DNA of 64,000 nt. Source: an uncultured Bacteroidales bacterium. GTDB taxonomy: Bacteria > Bacteroidota > Bacteroidia > Bacteroidales > JAUNSR01. The notes under the pieces were generated by a model. That model had not been told where the DNA came from and ran no database searches. It saw only the letters and a program-made list of their open reading frames with translations. The stretch covers positions 40,742-104,741 of the forward strand of contig CAMTOJ010000002.1 of the NCBI GenBank assembly GCA_947074145.1, in the 5' to 3' direction. Both the position numbers and the translations under genes were made by a program. This document shows positions 10,225-19,706 of this stretch, piece after piece (the stretch's first letter is position 1; the number at the start of each line of letters is the position of its first letter).

Positions 10225-12864
10225 ATGAAATTCTTTAATAAAATATATTTATTAATAGCCTTATTAGGTTTTTCTATCTTCTCGTCTTGTAAAGACGAGA
10301 AGATGATGGAAGAGATTTCTGATATGGGTTATGTTCAGGTAAGAATATTACCTGAAATGACTACAAGGTCGATCACCCTTGAAACACTTGGTGATATCAA
10401 GAAGGTCGAACTGTCGCTTCTTTATAAAGATATGAAGGTAGTTCAGACAGTAACTATGTCTGGCATTGTTGATGCCATCGATTATGGTATCACTTCAGAG
10501 AGACTACAACTTGCAGCAGGAGAGTATACTCTTTTGAGCTATCGTTTGTTAGGTTCAGTTGTGTTAGGAGAAAGCGAACCTCAGGAACTAATGACAATAT
10601 ATCCTACTGAAGCCGCATACTTCAATATCGTTCAGGGTCAAATCCATGAACTTGATCTTGAAGTGTCAACTAAACTTCGAGGAAAAGTATCATTCATGCT
10701 TGAAAAAGATTTTACAAATTATCAGGAAGAGATGGATAAGGTTAATAATGAAACAAGAGCTACTACAGCTGCTCCTGAACTTTTCAGATATGACCTTATG
10801 CGCGATGTGGATATTTATGTGAAGAAAAAAGGCTCTAATGAAAGACCGGCTCTTTTATCTCTAACTTCATATGCTACAAATGCGGAAAGATTCCGTCACA
10901 CAGATACTATTTCTCTTGAAGCAGGTGATTATGAGATTACAAGTTATATGCTTTATACTAATAATCGAGTTGAAGTGATATTGGCAAATGATCTTACTGA
11001 TGTTTATTTTACGGTTGAACCAAACCAAATGAACAGAGCATCAATGGCAATCAGATATCCTGAAAATATGTATGCTATCAAAGATTATATTGCTTTATAT
11101 AATATTTGGAGAGCTCTTGATGGCGAGAACTGGCAATATACAGGATATTATTATCCATCTAATGCAAACTGGAGATTTAAAAACAGACCTATAGATGAAT
11201 GGGGCGCACAACCGGGCGTAACAATGAACTCCCGCGGACGTGTTATCAGTGTCAATGTAGGATCTTTCAATCCTTGTGGTGATGTTCCTTCTTGTTTAGG
11301 AGATTTGACGGAACTAAACAATTTATGGTTAGGAATGAATAGTGATGTTGAGATTGTAGATATTATGGATGAGTCATTATTCTACTCATTAGATAGATCT
11401 ATACTTGTTGATGAAGGAGTTGATATTATTGAAGAAAGAGAAAACATTGTAAGAGAAGAACTTTCTATCAGACATCACCAAAAACATAAATATACTCTAC
11501 TTGACGAATCAGAGAGAGTAATCAAAACTAACTTTGCAAGAACGTTTAGCAATAAGTATATTTCCAACAATACGATAACAACAAAAACAGGAATCGTTAG
11601 CCCGAAACCTAAAACAAATCGTATCAAAAGTATTCCTGCCGAAATCGGTAATTTGAAGAATCTTACTGTTCTTTATATCTCTAACGGTTTTGTAAGTGAA
11701 TTGCCGGAGACTCTTGCAGATCTTCCTAAGCTTACAGACGTAGAGTTGTATAACTGTAACTTTACAGAATTCCCTGAAGTTTTGGCAAAAATGCAAAAAC
11801 TGATTTTCCTTAACTTCAGTGCTAATCTTTCTATTCCGGAAGATAAATTTAATAAGGGAATTGACAATTTCCTTGCAACGTCACCTGAATTGCAGATCTT
11901 CTTTGCAACTGATAATAATTTGTCAGAATTCCCAATGAATATCCTTAAAGCAACTAAAATGGGATATGTGGATTTCTCTTATAATTATTTGACAGAACTT
12001 CCGAATCTTGAAAGAGCACTTGCTCCTGTTAAAGCATTTTTTGATTATAATAAGATTACAAAAATTCATGATAAATTCTGTAATACAGACGATATAGAAA
12101 ATATTAGTTTTTCTAATAATTTCTTAACTGAGATTCCAAACTTATTTGGGAACGGATTAGGTTCAGAAACAAAATATACAATGTCATCTGTCAATTTCAC
12201 AGCAAATCAGATTACATCTTTTGCTCCGGGATTTGCAGGAATTCGTACTTCTACACTTGATTTGACAAGCAATCCATTAGGAAGAGGTGGTCGTCTTTTC
12301 CCTGATGCTCTGGCTGATTCGAAATCTAAGATTTCATATCTTATTATGGATCAATGTGAACTTGACACATTGCCAAATTCAGCATTTAAGAATATGACAA
12401 TCCTTGAAGCATTGCAGGTAAAAGGAAATAGATTAAAGAATTTCCCTGAAGTATTTACTGTTGAGGAGATGCCTTATTTATCTGGACTTGATATCAGTTA
12501 TAATGCATTCAGATCATTACCAATTCAGCCTCTTTATATTCATAATTTGAATAAACTGTTTATGTTGAGTCAGCATGACCTTGACAGAAAAGGAAATCCA
12601 TACCGTTGCATGACAGAATTGGTTTCCGGACTTAACAAACATCCGGCTCTTAAATATCTTGATGTTTCAGGAAATGATATCCAGAGAATCTCAGCAGGTG
12701 ATTTTCCTGGTGGATTATTCGGATTTAATATCAGAAACAATCCGAATATTGAAGTTACAGTTTCTACAGTTGCTTGTAACTATATCGGATTAGGTTATTA
12801 CAGTTTCCTTTATGATGCAACACAGAACATTCAGGGATGTGCTTATATCGAATTAGAGGATTAA
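10225..12864 (+). CDS. Leucine-rich-repeat (LRR) surface lipoprotein with two N-terminal beta-sandwich-like modules
   Basis: 879 aa, lipobox 'IFSSCKDEK'. Long run of LRRs, e.g. 'IPAEIGNLKNLTVLYISNGFVSELPETLADLPKLTDVELYNCNFTEFPEVLAKMQKLIFLNFSAN'. Repeated N-terminal 'AGEYTLLSYRL' / 'AGDYEITSYML' modules. Confidence 0.85.
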   Translation: MKFFNKIYLLIALLGFSIFSSCKDEKMMEEISDMGYVQVRILPEMTTRSITLETLGDIKKVELSLLYKDMKVVQTVTMSGIVDAIDYGITSERLQLAAGEYTLLSYRLLGSVVLGESEPQELMTIYPTEAAYFNIVQGQIHELDLEVSTKLRGKVSFMLEKDFTNYQEEMDKVNNETRATTAAPELFRYDLMRDVDIYVKKKGSNERPALLSLTSYATNAERFRHTDTISLEAGDYEITSYMLYTNNRVEVILANDLTDVYFTVEPNQMNRASMAIRYPENMYAIKDYIALYNIWRALDGENWQYTGYYYPSNANWRFKNRPIDEWGAQPGVTMNSRGRVISVNVGSFNPCGDVPSCLGDLTELNNLWLGMNSDVEIVDIMDESLFYSLDRSILVDEGVDIIEERENIVREELSIRHHQKHKYTLLDESERVIKTNFARTFSNKYISNNTITTKTGIVSPKPKTNRIKSIPAEIGNLKNLTVLYISNGFVSELPETLADLPKLTDVELYNCNFTEFPEVLAKMQKLIFLNFSANLSIPEDKFNKGIDNFLATSPELQIFFATDNNLSEFPMNILKATKMGYVDFSYNYLTELPNLERALAPVKAFFDYNKITKIHDKFCNTDDIENISFSNNFLTEIPNLFGNGLGSETKYTMSSVNFTANQITSFAPGFAGIRTSTLDLTSNPLGRGGRLFPDALADSKSKISYLIMDQCELDTLPNSAFKNMTILEALQVKGNRLKNFPEVFTVEEMPYLSGLDISYNAFRSLPIQPLYIHNLNKLFMLSQHDLDRKGNPYRCMTELVSGLNKHPALKYLDVSGNDIQRISAGDFPGGLFGFNIRNNPNIEVTVSTVACNYIGLGYYSFLYDATQNIQGCAYIELED

Positions 12865-12889
12865 TAAAAAATAAATTGACAATTTTATT

Positions 12890-14572
12890 ATGAAACAATT
12901 TTCAAAAATAAAATCAGTTTTAATGCTCCTTTTTATAGGATCCCTGGTGATTCTTACATCATGTAAAGATTCAGATGATGATAAAATCACTGGTTTTGAT
13001 GTAAATGAAAGTGAGATGATTTTTACTGAAAATGGAGGTTTACAGACTTTCAAAATAACTACCGGTTATGCATGGAGTGCACAGTCGAATGCAGATTGGC
13101 TTATGGTATCTCCTGCTACGGGTGTAGGTTCGGCAGAATGTGAAGTAAAAGTTGATTCTTCTTATCTGTATAGTGAACGTAAAGCACAGATTCTTATTGA
13201 AACGGAAAATGGAGCGAAAATGATAGAGATCAATCAATTCGGGTTTGAAAAAGCTATTCGTATTGAAGAACCTTCTGTTTCAATTCCTCACTACAAAAGA
13301 CTTGATGAAGCGTTTTTCGAAGTCAACATAAGTTCTAATGTAGCTTATGAAATAATTATATCAGACGAAGATCAGGAATGGTTGACATTAGACGGAGATA
13401 TTACCACTTATGATCCGACTACTGCTACTCCAAGAAAACAGACTTATAAGTTTAAATATGGAGTACACAGTAATTTCCGTCAATCCCGAAAAGGTAATAT
13501 AGAATTTCGTCAGACAGGTGTAGCTGAACCTATTTCATCGATTGTTGAAGTTGAGCAAAATGCTGCTCCTAAGATTGTTCCATCAAGAGCAGGAGACTCT
13601 TTGGCTCTTCTTGCAATTCAGTCACAACTTCAGGTATATGGAGGCGGTTGGGAATCAAGCCGTCCGATGACTCACTGGGATGATATAAATCTTGAAAGTA
13701 TTGATTACGTATATTATGATGAAGATCTTGGTATTAGCAAGGATACAACAGAGATGCGTGTAACAGGCGCTAGATTCTTCTTCTTCTTTACAGAGGAGTC
13801 TCTTCCTGTAGAGGTTAAATATCTAACAGAGATCGAAACGTTGATTTTCCAGGGTAATGCCAACCGTTCGAGACATACAATTGATCTTGGATCTGAAGTA
13901 ACAGAACTTAAAAATCTTAAGAGTCTGGCGATTAATGGTTACGGAATAAAGAGTTTACCAAAAGAGATGATAGAAATGGATAATCTTGAAGAATTATCAA
14001 TCTATGCAAATAACTTCCTTGAGTTCCCTCTTGATATTATAACCAAAATGAAAAATCTAACATATTTTGATTTTTCTAATCAGAGAATTACAGAAGGTAT
14101 CACTTCTCTTGCCGATATACCTGCAGGATATGATCCTGATAACATCGGTTTAAGAGGTACAATTCCTGTAGAATTGTTCAATATGCCTAAGATTGAATAT
14201 CTGTATTTGTCGCATTGTTATCTTGAAGGTGAATTACCTACTTTACCTGTTGGCTCACATCCTCAATTACGTCGCTTTACAGCAAATGGTAACCGTTTGA
14301 CTGGCGATATTCCTGAATGGATATTACAGCATGAACGTCTTGCTTGTTGGGATCCATATGTACTTCTATTCACTCAGGAAGGAATGGATTCACAAGGAAA
14401 CCTTGCAGGATTCTCTAATGAACCGGGACGTCTTCCTAATCCTGATTGTCCGGATGATGAAGAAGATACAAAATCGTATATCATGAGATCGTCGGGTAAT
14501 GACTTTAAGAATGATGATAAATTACCTCTAACAGGAAATTGGGGTGAATATAAAATACAATTTAAAAAATAA
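12890..14572 (+). CDS. BACON + LRR surface lipoprotein
   Basis: 560 aa, lipobox 'ILTSCKDSDDD'. BACON-like 'GGLQTFKITTGYAWSAQSNADWLMVSPATGVGSAECEVKV...ILIETENG...INQ'. C-terminal LRRs including plant-type 'LRGTIPVELFNMPKIEYLYLSHCYLEGELP...NRLTGDIPEWI'. Confidence 0.85.
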   Translation: MKQFSKIKSVLMLLFIGSLVILTSCKDSDDDKITGFDVNESEMIFTENGGLQTFKITTGYAWSAQSNADWLMVSPATGVGSAECEVKVDSSYLYSERKAQILIETENGAKMIEINQFGFEKAIRIEEPSVSIPHYKRLDEAFFEVNISSNVAYEIIISDEDQEWLTLDGDITTYDPTTATPRKQTYKFKYGVHSNFRQSRKGNIEFRQTGVAEPISSIVEVEQNAAPKIVPSRAGDSLALLAIQSQLQVYGGGWESSRPMTHWDDINLESIDYVYYDEDLGISKDTTEMRVTGARFFFFFTEESLPVEVKYLTEIETLIFQGNANRSRHTIDLGSEVTELKNLKSLAINGYGIKSLPKEMIEMDNLEELSIYANNFLEFPLDIITKMKNLTYFDFSNQRITEGITSLADIPAGYDPDNIGLRGTIPVELFNMPKIEYLYLSHCYLEGELPTLPVGSHPQLRRFTANGNRLTGDIPEWILQHERLACWDPYVLLFTQEGMDSQGNLAGFSNEPGRLPNPDCPDDEEDTKSYIMRSSGNDFKNDDKLPLTGNWGEYKIQFKK

Positions 14573-14577
14573 TTAAG

Positions 14578-16269
14578 ATGATCAATAAGATAAAATACAC
14601 ACTTGTAATATGCCTGGCAGTTTGCCTGGGCATATTTACAAGCTGCTCTGATGATGATAAGGATTTATCTCCTTCTCTTGGAGAGAATCAGGGAGAGGTG
14701 ATATTTAGTTTTGCACGTATCAATACTTATCATGTAGATGATCTGCTTGATATAAAGACAATAAAAGTAACATTGAAAAAAGATGGAAAAGAGATAACTC
14801 TTCCTTCTTATGAGATGTTTGGGACTAAGGATTCGGTAGCAACAAAAGCGATAGCTGTTGATGCAGGTTCTTATGCTTTGTATAAATATATCGCATTTGA
14901 TAATAGAGGCGATATGCTTTATGAAGCTTATCCGGAAGATGAGGAGTATTTTGAAGTAAGATCAGGAGAACTTTTCCAGTTTTATTTCCCGATTAAAATT
15001 CGTGTTGATATATCAACTTCTTTATTGAAAAACAAACTTCTTGGAATGTGTCAGGAAATTTGGGGTAATGATACCATAAAATGGCCAAAGACATGGAGAG
15101 AATATAACAATGAACCACGTACATGGGAAAATCTTTACTGGGAACTTGACGGATATAATAATGCAGCCTATATCTCAGGTATAAGATTTGATGAGACATT
15201 TAAAGGGATGACAAAACTTCCTCAATCTCTGTTTGGAATGGTTTATATGACTAATATTGATATAATAAATCTTCCTGAATTCACTGATCTTGGTGAAAAC
15301 ATCGCTGATCTTAATATCAATAGTCTTTATCTTGAGAATACAGGAGTTAAAGAGTTTCCGAAAGAGTTCGGAAAGATGAGAAATCTTTATAGTCTTACGG
15401 TAGTTAATTGTCCTATTACTAAGATACCTGAGTCAATAGGAGAGATTTCAACAATGAACTCACTTCACATTGAAAATGCAGATATTACAGAGGTCCCTTA
15501 TGATCTTGTAGAGAAATTGGATAAATACAGAATGTTCAATCTGAAGAATACTAAGATTACTTCATTACCTGATAACTTCTTTACAGCTTTGAAAATTGTT
15601 TCGACTGTCGATCTTTCAGGGAATAAAGGTCTTTCTGTTTTACCATCACAGATTAATCAGGGTCAGAATAATCTGAGAGGACTTAATTTATCTGATTGTT
15701 CGTTTACTTCTATACCGGAAATTACGAAAGTGGCAAAAATCACACATCTGACGATGAATAATAATGAGTTAACTTCATTTGCATCTGAAGATATGTCGCC
15801 TTACTTTGAGGTATTGAACCTTAACGGTAATAATATATCAACTTTCCCATCATTGACTAATGATGTTTTGGTTGAGCTAACTTTAAGCGGAAATCCTATC
15901 ACTGTATTACCTGATTTATCAGGTTATCCACAACTTGCAGTTTTTGGTTTGGCAAGTACCGGAATTGAACTTATTCCGGATTCATATTTTGCATCGAATC
16001 CTTATCTGTCATATTTGGATCTAAGTAATAATGCTAATCTTACAAATGTATCAGAAAATGCAGGATTCACTATGGAAACTTATGATGATATTGTTGACGG
16101 AGTAACTGAGACAAAAGAAAGACCACAATATCTTTCTAAACTGGAGGTTAATGATTGCCCTGAACTAAAATGGGTGATTCCGGCATCTTGGTTACCAAGA
16201 CAGGTAAACGGTCCTAACAACGGACTTTTCTTGAATAATCAAAATTCATCGGGCGTTATTGTCCGATAA
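14578..16269 (+). CDS. LRR surface lipoprotein
   Basis: 563 aa, lipobox 'IFTSCSDDDKD'. Starts 5 nt after the previous gene. N-terminal module with 'AGSYALYKYIAF', then more than 10 LRRs ('LYLENTGVKEFPKEFGKMRNLYSLTVVNCPITKIPESIGEISTMNSLHIENADITEVP'). Confidence 0.85.
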   Translation: MINKIKYTLVICLAVCLGIFTSCSDDDKDLSPSLGENQGEVIFSFARINTYHVDDLLDIKTIKVTLKKDGKEITLPSYEMFGTKDSVATKAIAVDAGSYALYKYIAFDNRGDMLYEAYPEDEEYFEVRSGELFQFYFPIKIRVDISTSLLKNKLLGMCQEIWGNDTIKWPKTWREYNNEPRTWENLYWELDGYNNAAYISGIRFDETFKGMTKLPQSLFGMVYMTNIDIINLPEFTDLGENIADLNINSLYLENTGVKEFPKEFGKMRNLYSLTVVNCPITKIPESIGEISTMNSLHIENADITEVPYDLVEKLDKYRMFNLKNTKITSLPDNFFTALKIVSTVDLSGNKGLSVLPSQINQGQNNLRGLNLSDCSFTSIPEITKVAKITHLTMNNNELTSFASEDMSPYFEVLNLNGNNISTFPSLTNDVLVELTLSGNPITVLPDLSGYPQLAVFGLASTGIELIPDSYFASNPYLSYLDLSNNANLTNVSENAGFTMETYDDIVDGVTETKERPQYLSKLEVNDCPELKWVIPASWLPRQVNGPNNGLFLNNQNSSGVIVR

Positions 16270-16331
16270 TGAATATAATCCTGATTATTGTATTAATCCG
16301 GGATTTTGATAAATCTTAATTAATAGACAAA

Positions 16332-16388
16332 AGAGATAACATCAGTTGAATTTCAACTATGTTATCTCTTGGTTTTTAAAGCAATAGA
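16332..16388 (+). terminator. Rho-independent terminator closing the SusC/D-LRR operon
   Basis: AGAGATAACAT ... ATGTTATCTCT perfect 11-bp stem followed by GGTTTTT. Confidence 0.8.
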
Positions 16389-16460
16389 TAAACATTATTT
16401 ATATAAACTAATAATATTTATCCGAATTATTCAATTTCATATTTTCAATAAAATAGCACA

Positions 16461-17504
16461 ATGAAAAAGAGTATTATTTTCTTACCGGCCATAGCTTTAT
16501 TATTTTCATGTAATAATGATATCGAAGATACTTTGGTTGGAGAAACTTCAGTACCATCAATATGGCAACACTTTCATATGGTAGATTTGCATAATCTACA
16601 GAAATCTACAAAATCGGTAACTATCAATCAGGATAATGGATTTTATAATGTGGATCCTTGTGTTATTAATTTTGACCAACAAGGTAAGATTGAGAAATTT
16701 CGTATAGGTGGTGCTATTATGCTTGATAGAAGAGAGGATGAGATAGATTCTTTTCTACATAGTGGATTTTCAAATCTTGCAGAATACACATATGAGTATA
16801 ATGGAGATGCTCAATTATTGAATGTATCTGTAAATGATGAAGGATATTTATATGGATATGATTTTACATATTCTCAGCATGGGAAATATATCCCTGCTAT
16901 ATTTCCGGTAGGGAATCTTCCTATTTATTTAATCAAAAATCTTTCACAGATTACGACAAAGGATGATACATCTTCAAATATAGAAACTTATATCTATAAC
17001 GAACAAACGCAAGTTGCTACCTATAAACGCACTCATGCATGGTTGGGAAGAGAGATAGAGATAAATTTCATTTATGGTAGTTCTCCTTATCCTTTGGAAA
17101 AACAAGTGAAGGTAACTCAAAGAGGAGAAACTATACTTCAAGGAAAATGTGAATACACCTTCGATTCTAATGGAAATCTTCTTGAAGAGTACACCTCTCT
17201 TTCAGATGTAATGAATCAATCTAATATAACGAAAATTAAATTTTCCAAAGACTATCTTCTTGAAATAACTTCAATAGAAAAAGAAGGTAAGATTTATAAT
17301 TATGAAAGAGATTCACAAAGAAGACTTGTATCGATCAGTATTTTGGAAAATGGCATTCCTGTCGATATAGAGGAAACAATTACTTATACAGAGCATAATG
17401 ATGTAGATGATTGGACAAAAGCTGTTCTGATACTTAATAATGAGGTTAATTCGAATCATTTCTTTGATGAAGTAACAACTACAAGAGAAATCTTATATTG
17501 GTAA
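16461..17504 (+). CDS. Hypothetical lipoprotein with YD/RHS-like repeat motifs
   Basis: 347 aa, lipobox 'LLFSCNND'. Recurrent 'YTYEYNGDAQLL', 'YTFDSNGNLLEEY', 'YNYERDSQRRLVSI' motifs resembling YD repeats. Has its own upstream gap and terminator. Confidence 0.6.
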   Translation: MKKSIIFLPAIALLFSCNNDIEDTLVGETSVPSIWQHFHMVDLHNLQKSTKSVTINQDNGFYNVDPCVINFDQQGKIEKFRIGGAIMLDRREDEIDSFLHSGFSNLAEYTYEYNGDAQLLNVSVNDEGYLYGYDFTYSQHGKYIPAIFPVGNLPIYLIKNLSQITTKDDTSSNIETYIYNEQTQVATYKRTHAWLGREIEINFIYGSSPYPLEKQVKVTQRGETILQGKCEYTFDSNGNLLEEYTSLSDVMNQSNITKIKFSKDYLLEITSIEKEGKIYNYERDSQRRLVSISILENGIPVDIEETITYTEHNDVDDWTKAVLILNNEVNSNHFFDEVTTTREILYW

Positions 17505-17575
17505 TTCTTATTCTACCATAAAATTTTAGATTTATCAATTACTTTTCATCAAATAATTAGATTATATAAAATAAT

Positions 17576-17613
17576 AAAACCCTTCCTCTTTCATATGAAA
17601 AAGGAAGGGTTTT
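17576..17613. terminator. Bidirectional terminator between convergent genes
   Basis: AAAA-CCCTTCCTCTTT / AAAAAGGAAGGG-TTTT stem with one mismatch, flanked by an A-run and a T-run. Confidence 0.8.
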
Positions 17614-17635
17614 ATTATTTTATTTTTTGATATGA

Positions 17636-19468
17636 TTAAAATGATTGCATATCGACAAGTTTTCTGTAATATCCATTCATATTCATTAGCTCATCGTGAG
17701 TTCCGCGTTCAACAATCAAACCTTCATTCATTACACAAATAAGATCGGCGTTTTTGATTGTCGATAACCTGTGAGCAATGACAACAGTTGTTCTGTTTTT
17801 CATCAGATTGTCGAGAGCATCCTGCACAAGTCTTTCAGATTCAGTATCAAGAGCGGAAGTCGCTTCATCAAGGATAAGAATAGGAGGGTTTTTAAGAATT
17901 GCACGTGCAATGCTGACACGCTGACGTTGTCCACCCGAAAGTTTACATCCTCTGTCTCCGATATTGGTTTCATATCCTTCATCGGTTGCCATGATAAATT
18001 CGTCGGCATTGGCAATTTTTGCCGCTTCACGAACCTGTTCAAGTGTAGCATTTTCTATACCGAAAGATATGTTATTGAAGAATGTATCATTGAAAAGGAT
18101 AGCTTCCTGATTCACATTGCCCATGAATCCTCTAAGGTCATCTATCTTTAAATCTTTAATATCTATTCCGTCAATTGTTATATCTCCTTTGTTAAGATCG
18201 TAGAAACGTGGCAACATATCGGCAAGTGTCGATTTTCCTGATCCGGATTGTCCTACAAGTGCGACAGTTGATCCTTTTCTGATCTCAAGATTTATATCTT
18301 TTAAAACCCAGTTTTGAGAATATTTAAACCAAGAGTCATTAAATCTGATCTTATCGTTAAATCCTGAGAGTTTTTTAGGATTTGCAGGTTCTTTGATAGG
18401 ATTTTCTGCTTTTAATATTTTATCAACGCGTACCATCGCGGCAAGACCTCTCTGGATTGCATATGTTGCTTTAGATAGATCTTTGGCAGGGTTTATGATG
18501 CTGTAGAATATCACAATATAGTAGATAAAAGATGATGCATCTATACTGCTTTTTCCTGATATGATAAGTGATCCACCAAACCACAGAACGATAGCTATTG
18601 TAATGGTTCCCAAGAATTCACTCATTGGATGAGCAAGAGCCTGACGACGAGCTATTCTGTTGGATGTGTCGCGAAACTCATCATTACCATCCTCAAATCT
18701 GCCTTCAATCTTATGTTCTGCACTGAATGCTTTGATTATTCTCAGTCCTCCAAGTGTTTCTTCAATCTGAGACATTAATCCTCCCCATTGATTTTGAGCC
18801 AAAAGAGATGATTTTTTTAGTTTTTTTCCTATTGCCCCCATCACATATCCGCTGACAGGTAATAGGATTAGAACGAAAATGGTAAGTTGCCAGCTTAATG
18901 TAAACATAGTTATCAGATAAACTATAATCATTACCGGATTTTTGAACATCATATCAAGTGATGCCATGATAGAGTTTTCAACCTCGGCAACATCGCCTGT
19001 CATTCTTGCCATTACATCGCCTTTCTTTTCACTTGTAAAAAAACCGATTGGCAGAGAAAGTATTTTAGAAAATATATTGTTTCTTATATCTCTTACAACA
19101 CCTGTTCTGATAGGGATCATAAAAAATGAAGCAAGATAGGATGATCCGGTTTTAAGGAAGGTCATTACTACTAGTGTGACACCCAAAATCATTAATGTCT
19201 GAGTGGGACCAAACTTATCTATAATGGAGGATATATACCAGTAAAAATTGTTTATAAATATATCTTTAAATGAAGTGTCGATTGTGTCCCATGGGATGTA
19301 GCTGTATTCATTTCTTTCAAGTCCGAAAAGAATATTTAAAATCGGCATTATAGTTGCATAAGTGAAAAGGCTCAACACGGCTCCCATAATATTAAATATT
19401 ACATTTAGAGAGAGTAAACCTTTGTAGGGAGGTACATATTTTAAAAGTACCCTAATAAAATCTTTCAT
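17636..19468 (-). CDS. ABC transporter permease/ATPase fusion (MsbA-like lipid/multidrug exporter)
   Basis: 610 aa. Six-TM N-terminal half, Walker A 'GQSGSGKST', signature 'LSGGQRQRVSIARA', Walker B 'ILILDEATSALD'. Confidence 0.9.
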   Translation of the reverse strand: MKDFIRVLLKYVPPYKGLLSLNVIFNIMGAVLSLFTYATIMPILNILFGLERNEYSYIPWDTIDTSFKDIFINNFYWYISSIIDKFGPTQTLMILGVTLVVMTFLKTGSSYLASFFMIPIRTGVVRDIRNNIFSKILSLPIGFFTSEKKGDVMARMTGDVAEVENSIMASLDMMFKNPVMIIVYLITMFTLSWQLTIFVLILLPVSGYVMGAIGKKLKKSSLLAQNQWGGLMSQIEETLGGLRIIKAFSAEHKIEGRFEDGNDEFRDTSNRIARRQALAHPMSEFLGTITIAIVLWFGGSLIISGKSSIDASSFIYYIVIFYSIINPAKDLSKATYAIQRGLAAMVRVDKILKAENPIKEPANPKKLSGFNDKIRFNDSWFKYSQNWVLKDINLEIRKGSTVALVGQSGSGKSTLADMLPRFYDLNKGDITIDGIDIKDLKIDDLRGFMGNVNQEAILFNDTFFNNISFGIENATLEQVREAAKIANADEFIMATDEGYETNIGDRGCKLSGGQRQRVSIARAILKNPPILILDEATSALDTESERLVQDALDNLMKNRTTVVIAHRLSTIKNADLICVMNEGLIVERGTHDELMNMNGYYRKLVDMQSF

Positions 19469-19706
19469 TAATTATTTATTTGAATTCGAACAGCAAATAT
19501 ACATAAAGCCAATAAAATAACTCATATAAACCATATTTTGCTTTAGATTATAGAAAAAAAAAGGATTTTTTAATTATTTATCTATAATCTTAAACACTAA
19601 ACATCACAACATTTGTTATAATGAAAATGCATAAAAATTTGTTTTCTAAACTCTTATATTTAAATTTATAAACCTTTTCCAAATTATAAATCCGATTGTA
19701 GATATT

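Noticed and set aside
10225-16269. Plant-type LRR proteins considered as eukaryotic contamination or recent cross-kingdom transfer
   Set aside because: All three have Bacteroidota lipoprotein signals, local codon/AT composition, and operon linkage to SusC/SusD. This is consistent with native bacterial genes.
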